Below, piece by piece: positions 58,343 through 64,000 of a DNA stretch of 64,000 nucleotides (position 1 is the first letter of the stretch; every line of letters starts with the position of its first letter). The notes below the pieces were generated by a model. It was not told where the DNA came from. It did not search any database and saw nothing but the letters and a program-made list of their open reading frames with translations. Both the position numbers and the translations under genes were made by a program. The DNA lies in assembly GCA_964483665.1 (NCBI GenBank), contig CAZACP010000001.1, positions 141,896 through 205,895 on the forward strand, in the 5' to 3' direction. This DNA is from an uncultured Candidatus Saccharibacteria bacterium. Lineage in GTDB: Bacteria; Patescibacteriota; Doudnabacteria; UBA920.

Positions 58343-59470
58343 TTACTTGTTTAAAATCTGATTGTAAACCTCCAAAGTTTTTTTTGCGGTTTCCCGCCAG
58401 GAAAAACTTTGCGAGCGCTTAAAACTTTTTTCAGAAAGGCTTTGATAAAAATTCGGATCTTTGGCCAACAGGTGCATTTTCTCAGCTATATCGCCCGGTT
58501 CAAGCGGATTAAAATATACCGCGGCGTTGTCATAAATTTCGTTAAAAACTTCCGTATTGGAAACCCCGAGCGGCAGGCCGAAATTCATAGCTTCCACGCC
58601 GGGCAGACCGAAACCCTCATGCAGGCTGGCTGAAACAAACGCGTAAGCGCCTTTGTACAAAGCAGAAAGCTCTTCGTCTTCAGGGCTAGTAACAAACACC
58701 AACCGATTTTTGTTTGCAATATCCATCGCGCTTTTTTTTATAAGCGGGTAATGCGGGTCGCTTTTACCGACAATTACCAGATCCATATCGAGTCCGAAGC
58801 TTTGCAAAAAAATATCAAAACCGCGGGTTAAATTTACAACATTTTTCTTTCTTTCCAAAACCCCGACAAACAGAAAATACGGTTTGTCCAAAAAGTAGCG
58901 CTTTTTTACGGCCAAAACTTGCTTTTCGCTAACATTAGCATTTAAGGAAGACGCCTCATAAATTACCTCCACCTTGCGGGGCAAAACATTTAAATGCTTA
59001 ACAATGTCTTTCTTGGAAGACTCCGACACGGTAATTATAGCGCGGGCATTTTTCGCGGCTTTTTCTATAACTTTTTTATAGGCCAAAAAATGAAAATACC
59101 GGCTTTTTTTTGCCCCGCTGATTTTGTGGTGAACCATATCGTGAATAGTTACCACATATGGTTTTTTATAGAAAATGGGCACATTAAAATTCGGAAAGTG
59201 CATTAAATCGCAATTTTCTTTATTTAGCAACCCTAAAAATGCGGTTTGTTCCGAAATGGAATAATGGCGCGAAGTGGATGCAATAAATGTAGCATTTGAA
59301 TATTTTTTCAGCTCACGCAAAATTTCCGGAGCAATATAATTTTGTCTATAAAATAGGCAGTAAGAATTTAGCGTATCCTGTTCTAAAATATTTTTAACCA
59401 ATTCTAAAGTATAGCGCCCGATGCCGCCATTCTCAGTTCCTATTAATCTGCAGTCAATGCCTATTTTCAT
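58343..59470 (-). CDS. glycosyltransferase family 4
   Basis: C-terminal EGFGLPGVEAM motif. Confidence 0.8.
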   Translation of the reverse strand: MKIGIDCRLIGTENGGIGRYTLELVKNILEQDTLNSYCLFYRQNYIAPEILRELKKYSNATFIASTSRHYSISEQTAFLGLLNKENCDLMHFPNFNVPIFYKKPYVVTIHDMVHHKISGAKKSRYFHFLAYKKVIEKAAKNARAIITVSESSKKDIVKHLNVLPRKVEVIYEASSLNANVSEKQVLAVKKRYFLDKPYFLFVGVLERKKNVVNLTRGFDIFLQSFGLDMDLVIVGKSDPHYPLIKKSAMDIANKNRLVFVTSPEDEELSALYKGAYAFVSASLHEGFGLPGVEAMNFGLPLGVSNTEVFNEIYDNAAVYFNPLEPGDIAEKMHLLAKDPNFYQSLSEKSFKRSQSFSWRETAKKTLEVYNQILNK

Positions 59471-60639
59471 TTAAAATTTTCAAAAGCGGTTAATATTTGG
59501 CTTGCGCTTTTTTGCCAGGAAAATTCTTTAGCGCGCTCAAGCCCCTTTTGAGCGAGCCTGTCTCTAAACTCTGAGTCCGTTAATAAGTGCTGTAAAGCAT
59601 GGGCAATATCTTTAGTATTATACGGGTTAACCAATAATGCCGCATCGCCGGAAACTTCAGGTAAAGCCGTGACCTGGCTGGCTAAAACCGGAGTGCCTAA
59701 CGAAAAAGCTTCTAAAATTTGCATGCCAAAACCTTCATAAAAAGACGGGTAAACCAGCACCGACGCCATTTTAATTAAAGCGGGTTTTTGTGTTTCGCTA
59801 ATATAGTCTAAATAAATAATTTTATTTCTTTTTTTGCTATTTTGAATTTGTTTAAAAATCGATTTGTTTTTCCACCCGCTTTTTCCTGCAATTACCAAAA
59901 AACTTTTAGAATCCAAAACTTCAAACGCCTTTATTAAACCTTCCAAATTTTTTCTTGGCTCAATGGTATTTAAAAACAAAATGAACTCCCCGGGTAAATT
60001 TTTTTCGTTCCGCAGCTGCCTAAGCTTTTCTTGGTTTATTTTTTTACTAAAAGCTTCGCTATCTACGCCGTGGTGTACAACTTTAATTTTATTTTCCTGT
60101 ATTTGAAATAATTTTAACAAATCTTGCTTGGTATATTCGGAAACCGCAAAAATTAAATCCGCTCTTTCAAAAGCTTTTTTGTAATTTAAAAACCAGTGCC
60201 AAAGCCTTCTTTTTGAATCGTAAAATTCTGGCGCCACCACCGGGGAAAGGTCATGAACTGTTAGCGCTAGCTTGGTGTTGGGCAAAATATTAAATTGGTT
60301 TAAATTTGGCATAAAAAACCAGTCTAATAGATTTTCCCCTCTCCCTTTGGGAGAGGGGTTAGGGGTGAGGGTGTCAGAGTCCGATATAAACTTCTCGATA
60401 CTGGTAAGTCCAAACTTAAAAGCTAAATTCAAAAGTTTGTTTGGAATTCTACTTAGCGCCATTTTTGAATTTACATAATGGTAGTCCGAAGGCAACCTGG
60501 CTTCGTAAGCGTTATAAAAAAGCGCGTAGTTATTTTTTTTATCCTGCCTAAGCAAATTCTCCACAATATTCATTGTATAGTTTTCCACGCCGCTTATGCT
60601 GCCGCTGGACAAACTTCTTAAATCAATCGATATTTTCAT
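59467..60639 (-). CDS. glycosyltransferase family 4 (contains a GC-rich hairpin insertion)
   Basis: YEGFGMQILEAFSLGTPVLAS motif. The segment TPNPSPKGRGENLL is encoded by a GC-rich palindrome. Confidence 0.8.
   Translation of the reverse strand: MKISIDLRSLSSGSISGVENYTMNIVENLLRQDKKNNYALFYNAYEARLPSDYHYVNSKMALSRIPNKLLNLAFKFGLTSIEKFISDSDTLTPNPSPKGRGENLLDWFFMPNLNQFNILPNTKLALTVHDLSPVVAPEFYDSKRRLWHWFLNYKKAFERADLIFAVSEYTKQDLLKLFQIQENKIKVVHHGVDSEAFSKKINQEKLRQLRNEKNLPGEFILFLNTIEPRKNLEGLIKAFEVLDSKSFLVIAGKSGWKNKSIFKQIQNSKKRNKIIYLDYISETQKPALIKMASVLVYPSFYEGFGMQILEAFSLGTPVLASQVTALPEVSGDAALLVNPYNTKDIAHALQHLLTDSEFRDRLAQKGLERAKEFSWQKSASQILTAFENFK
60336..60358. repeat. GC-rich perfect hairpin cccctctccc-tttg-ggagagggg embedded in the GT4 coding sequence
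   Basis: 10-bp G/C stem in an otherwise AT-rich gene, followed by ttaggggtgagggtg. Confidence 0.4.
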
Positions 60640-61754
60640 AGTTTACAAAACCGGCTTATTGACTCAATGAATTTTTTCTTGCTGAATTTCTCCGCCTGAA
60701 CGCGTAAATTTTCTTGCGTGTATTGTTCCGGTTTCCAGTTCAAAATAATCTGCTTAATTTGTTTTTTGTTGGCGCTTTCAAACAACTCTCCTGTTACGCC
60801 CGGTAAAACTGTTTCTAAAGCTCCGCCTTTAGCTAGCGCTATGGTTGCCGTACCGCAAGCCGCAGCTTCCAGCGGCATAAGGCCAAAATCTTCCATTTGC
60901 GGGTAAATATAGCCCAATGCCCCGCTATACTCGTCTCTTAAAGTATTATCGTCAACAGCTCCTAAAAAGGTTATATTGGGCCTAGAAATGGATTTTAAAT
61001 ATTCTAGCTGCCTGCCGGCGCCAACCACATGAAGCGGTTTTCCAAGCTCGTTAAAAACTTGAATAATAATTTCATTGTTTTTATGCGGCTGAAGCCTTCC
61101 GGCTATTAGAAAATAGTCTTTTTTAGAAATTGTTGGCTGCCAAAAACCAACGTCAACACCCGGGTACACTACCGTACAGTTGCGCTGATACACGGACTCT
61201 ATGCGCTTTTGCACCTCCTGGGAATTAGCAATAAATTGCGTGACCCGCTTGCTTCCTAACAAATCCCATTTGCGCATTTTAGAAAGCAAGTAGTGGACAA
61301 TTGGCCTGAGTATAAAAGGTACTTCTTGCTTAACATAATTTTTGTCTATCCATAAAAACCTTGGGGGCGTGTGACAATAGCAAATATGCCTGGTATTTTT
61401 GGGCACTCGGATATTTTTAACAAACCCTGAAGATGAAGAAATTACCAAATCAAAACCTGAAAAATCAAAATTGTTTACTGCCCAGGGAATAAATGGCAAA
61501 AGATACTGAAGTTTTCCCAAAGCCAAATACAAAGTTTGAAGCGGTGATGTTCGAATCTCCCAATTTAAATATTTTACTTTATATTTTGGATCAAAAACCA
61601 AAGTATAAACCGGGGCATTTGGAAAAAGTTCGTGGAGATGATCAACCACTCTTTCCGCTCCGCCCATTTGTGTGAAACTGTCATGAACAATAGCAATACG
61701 CATAATGACAAAAACGACGAAAATAATAAAAATGACAAGAATTAAAAACCACAA
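60636..61754 (-). CDS. glycosyltransferase family 4
   Basis: GT-B fold. N-terminal IAIVHDSFTQMGGAERVV is typical of GT4. Confidence 0.8.
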   Translation of the reverse strand: MWFLILVIFIIFVVFVIMRIAIVHDSFTQMGGAERVVDHLHELFPNAPVYTLVFDPKYKVKYLNWEIRTSPLQTLYLALGKLQYLLPFIPWAVNNFDFSGFDLVISSSSGFVKNIRVPKNTRHICYCHTPPRFLWIDKNYVKQEVPFILRPIVHYLLSKMRKWDLLGSKRVTQFIANSQEVQKRIESVYQRNCTVVYPGVDVGFWQPTISKKDYFLIAGRLQPHKNNEIIIQVFNELGKPLHVVGAGRQLEYLKSISRPNITFLGAVDDNTLRDEYSGALGYIYPQMEDFGLMPLEAAACGTATIALAKGGALETVLPGVTGELFESANKKQIKQIILNWKPEQYTQENLRVQAEKFSKKKFIESISRFCKL

Positions 61755-61814
61755 ATTTATTTTGGTTTCATATTTTTGTCATTTTTGATCATTTTTTTAA
61801 ATTTTGTCATTATT

Positions 61815-63266
61815 TTAATAGTCGTCTTTCGGTTTCTTGCCAAAAAACAACAGCCAAAAACTTTTAGCCAAAATTTTTATGTCGAGTCCCAAAGACCAAT
61901 TTTCGATATAGTAAGTATTCAACCGAATTTCCTCTTCAAACGGCAGGTCCGGAAAATTTACCTGCGCCATTTGAGACATGCCGAATATTCCCGGCTTTAT
62001 GCTAAACATTCTTCTGTACCTGTTCCTATAGCGCTCAACCTCGTCTAAAACGTGGGCTCTGGGGCCCACCATGCTCATATCGCCTTTGAGCACATTCCAA
62101 AACTGCGGAATTTCGTCCAGTTTGCTCCGGCGCAAAAACTTACCAACCCTGGTTACTCTCGGGTCGTGTTTGATTTTCAAAAATGGGCCGTCTTTTCCCC
62201 CGCGGTCATTTTTCTCCCAAAGCTGCTTTCTGACTTTTTCCGCGTCGTGTCCGCCATATCCCGCGCCGACGGAAAGATGCTGGTACATTGTCCTAAATTT
62301 GTAGAACTTAAAATCCTTTCCCCGGCCCCCGCGCATAGCCGAATAAATGGCCTTGCCCGGGCTGTCTGACTTAATAGCAAGGTAAATTATTAAAAACAAT
62401 GGACCGGTTAAAATTAAACAAATTAATGAGGCAAATATATCCACCAATCTTTTTATAACCCGCCCCCAACCGTCGAGCGGGGTATTTTTTAAGCCAATAA
62501 CTGGCACGCCCTGCAAACTGGAAAGTTCAACAATATTTCGCTGGGCTTCAAACAAATTCGGCACAAAACTAAACTGCAGGCCTTTTCCGCGGGCAAACTG
62601 CACAAGCTGAAAATTTGCCTCGTCGTCCAAATTCGGATTGGCCTGTAAAATTTCGTCGATTTGGTTTTTTGAATACAACTCTTCCAGAGTTTGCAGAGTC
62701 TGTTTGTCGTAGCTAAATTCCGCCACCACCGAATAACCGTGCTTGCGGTTTTTATATATTCTTTCCAGTATTAAGGTTTCTTTCGCTTCCCCCCTAACCA
62801 CGGCCAAACGGTGTAGTCCCACGCCTTTTTGAAAATAGTATTCCTGCAAAAGCTTTAAAAACAACCTGCCAAAAAATAAAAAAGTTATGCCCAAACCCCA
62901 GGCTGCTAAAATTATGAACCTAGAAGGAAAAATGTCCTGAAAAAAGTTTTTATTAAAAAAGAATACTAAAATTATAATAAGCAGGCTTAAAGAAATAGCC
63001 GCTATAATTTGACCCAATTCCCGCGCGAAATTTCTGGTTCCCCGCAAATTATATAAACCAAAAGCCGCCAAAATAAGTATTAAAACCGGTATAGTTTTAA
63101 TACTTAAAAGAAAAAAGTCATGGAACTGCAAATTAAAAGCCAATGGGATTTTGGCGACTACGCTGGGCTGAAGTCGCAAGTAAAAAGACGCCACTGCTGC
63201 AAGTAAAAGCATAGCGGCATCTGTCGGAATTGCCACAATATTAAAGAGTAATTCAGAGCGTTTCAT
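61815..63266 (-). CDS. undecaprenyl-phosphate sugar phosphotransferase (WbaP/bacterial sugar transferase family)
   Basis: N-terminal TM helices. C-terminal catalytic domain with DEIPQFWNVLKGDMSMVGPRAH. Confidence 0.85.
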   Translation of the reverse strand: MKRSELLFNIVAIPTDAAMLLLAAVASFYLRLQPSVVAKIPLAFNLQFHDFFLLSIKTIPVLILILAAFGLYNLRGTRNFARELGQIIAAISLSLLIIILVFFFNKNFFQDIFPSRFIILAAWGLGITFLFFGRLFLKLLQEYYFQKGVGLHRLAVVRGEAKETLILERIYKNRKHGYSVVAEFSYDKQTLQTLEELYSKNQIDEILQANPNLDDEANFQLVQFARGKGLQFSFVPNLFEAQRNIVELSSLQGVPVIGLKNTPLDGWGRVIKRLVDIFASLICLILTGPLFLIIYLAIKSDSPGKAIYSAMRGGRGKDFKFYKFRTMYQHLSVGAGYGGHDAEKVRKQLWEKNDRGGKDGPFLKIKHDPRVTRVGKFLRRSKLDEIPQFWNVLKGDMSMVGPRAHVLDEVERYRNRYRRMFSIKPGIFGMSQMAQVNFPDLPFEEEIRLNTYYIENWSLGLDIKILAKSFWLLFFGKKPKDDY

Positions 63267-63292
63267 GAATTAATTATACCATTCAGGCGTAT

Positions 63293-63322
63293 AAAAAAAA
63301 AGGGCCGGCAGACGTCCTGCCG
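63293..63322 (-). terminator. rho-independent terminator (cggcag-gacgt-ctgccg + U8)
   Basis: GC stem followed by T8 on the minus strand, after the 63348..63614 ORF. Confidence 0.55.
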
Positions 63323-63347
63323 ACCTACGGATTGTCCCGGGTAGTAG

Positions 63348-63614
63348 TCAATTAGACGGGCTTTCGGTTGTCGAATCGTCATTGCGGATGGCAACCACAT
63401 TTGAGCCAAAAAACTTCTTTAGCTCATTTTGAAATGCGTTACTGCCCATTGTGTTAGCCAGATACACCCAGGTAACCTTGCAGCACGCTCCGATCAATGA
63501 CCAAAGAATTATCTTTTCCTGGGTCAGCATTTTGTGCTGGCTCAACCACAGCATACTTCCGACAGAAAACAAGGCCCCACTCTCAAAAAGCAAACTGACG
63601 GCGATCAAAAACAT
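63348..63614 (-). CDS. small membrane protein (88 aa)
   Basis: Two hydrophobic helices; terminator downstream. Confidence 0.4.
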   Translation of the reverse strand: MFLIAVSLLFESGALFSVGSMLWLSQHKMLTQEKIILWSLIGACCKVTWVYLANTMGSNAFQNELKKFFGSNVVAIRNDDSTTESPSN

Positions 63615-63662
63615 ACTCCGCTCCTTATTTGGAATTGAATATCATTTTATCAGCTTACAAAT

Positions 63663-63690
63663 AAAAAAACAAGTCTCTTTAAGAAGAGAC
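63663..63690 (-). terminator. terminator hairpin (gtctctt-taag-aagagac + U7) immediately 3' of rnpB
   Basis: 7-bp stem followed by a T-run on the minus strand. Confidence 0.55.
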
Positions 63691-63700
63691 CTGTTTTTAT

Positions 63701-64000
63701 GCTTCAAGCAAACCCGTAAGCCGAATTCTGTTTTTCCGCCTTCGCATAAAGCTATGGCGGATCGCTGCTATTATTTAAAAATAATGTTAGCGAAAATAAT
63801 CATCTATCTGCCTCGTCAATTACTTGACGGGTCGAGCAGCCTACCAAACTTGGCCTTGCACTCGGGTAAGAATTTAGCCGTTTCATCCTAATGTTGCCAT
63901 TAGACAATCCCCATAAGGGACCCTAGCCTTTCGGCATTGGCGTTTCTGTTCGCATCTCGTGGATTGCTCCAGACGGGCGTTACCCGCTACCTGTTTGATA
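63701..64000 (-). ncRNA. rnpB: RNase P RNA (bacterial type A), 3' portion; 5' end lies beyond the window
   Basis: Minus strand reads ...GGGTAACGCC...GCGAACAGAAACGCC...GCAAGGCCAAG...GGTAGGCTGCTCGA...AGATGATT...ACAGAATTCGGCTTACGG. These match the conserved P10-P12, ACAGARA, P15-P18 and P4 3'-strand (ACAGAAcccGGCTTA) elements of type-A RNase P RNA. Confidence 0.85.

Noticed and set aside
61776-62048. 90-aa plus-strand ORF
   Set aside because: Antisense to the 5' end of the sugar phosphotransferase gene. Hydrophobic low-complexity translation.
63451-63891. 146-aa plus-strand ORF
   Set aside because: Overlaps RNase P RNA on the opposite strand and two terminator hairpins. No protein-like features.

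Overview
This is a 64 kb, low-GC window with compact small-genome bacterial gene organisation, possibly from a Patescibacteria/CPR-like lineage (inference). Almost every gene is on the minus strand. The recognisable backbone is as follows.

- **tRNA cluster (1.2-2.4 kb):** tRNA-Asp, tRNA-Met, and an initiator tRNA-fMet split by a 774-nt group I intron that carries a 117-aa ORF.
- **F-type ATP synthase operon:** atpI-like, atpB, atpE, atpF, atpH, atpA, atpG, atpD, atpC. Three extra genes are wedged into it, one of them a LuxR-type HTH regulator.
- **Other housekeeping genes:** a P-type ATPase, tRNA-Thr, murI, lepA, and a cell-wall/division block (murJ, ftsW, murD, mraY, dacA-like, murB, murC, murG). 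secDF, pepN, rdgB, a NUDIX hydrolase, secA and hpf follow. The 3' end holds a glycosyltransferase / sugar-phosphotransferase cluster.
- **RNase P RNA (rnpB):** a partial copy on the minus strand at the window's 3' end, which the ORF track misses.

The main things worth a second look are:

- the intron-containing tRNA-fMet and its putative homing-endonuclease ORF;
- a TrpR/YerC-like regulator gene preceded by perfect GTACTAGTAC palindromes (trp-operator-like CTAG sites) that recur upstream of neighbouring genes;
- a two-gene module of a membrane protein plus a TraD/VirD4-like P-loop ATPase;
- a membrane protein with two tandem type-IV-pilin-like globular domains;
- a HEPN-like protein paired with a nuclease-like neighbour;
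- the accessory ORFs inside the ATP synthase operon;
- several structured intergenic elements.

No CRISPR array or rRNA was seen. All calls rest on reading motifs by eye, no searches were run, and start codons are approximate.
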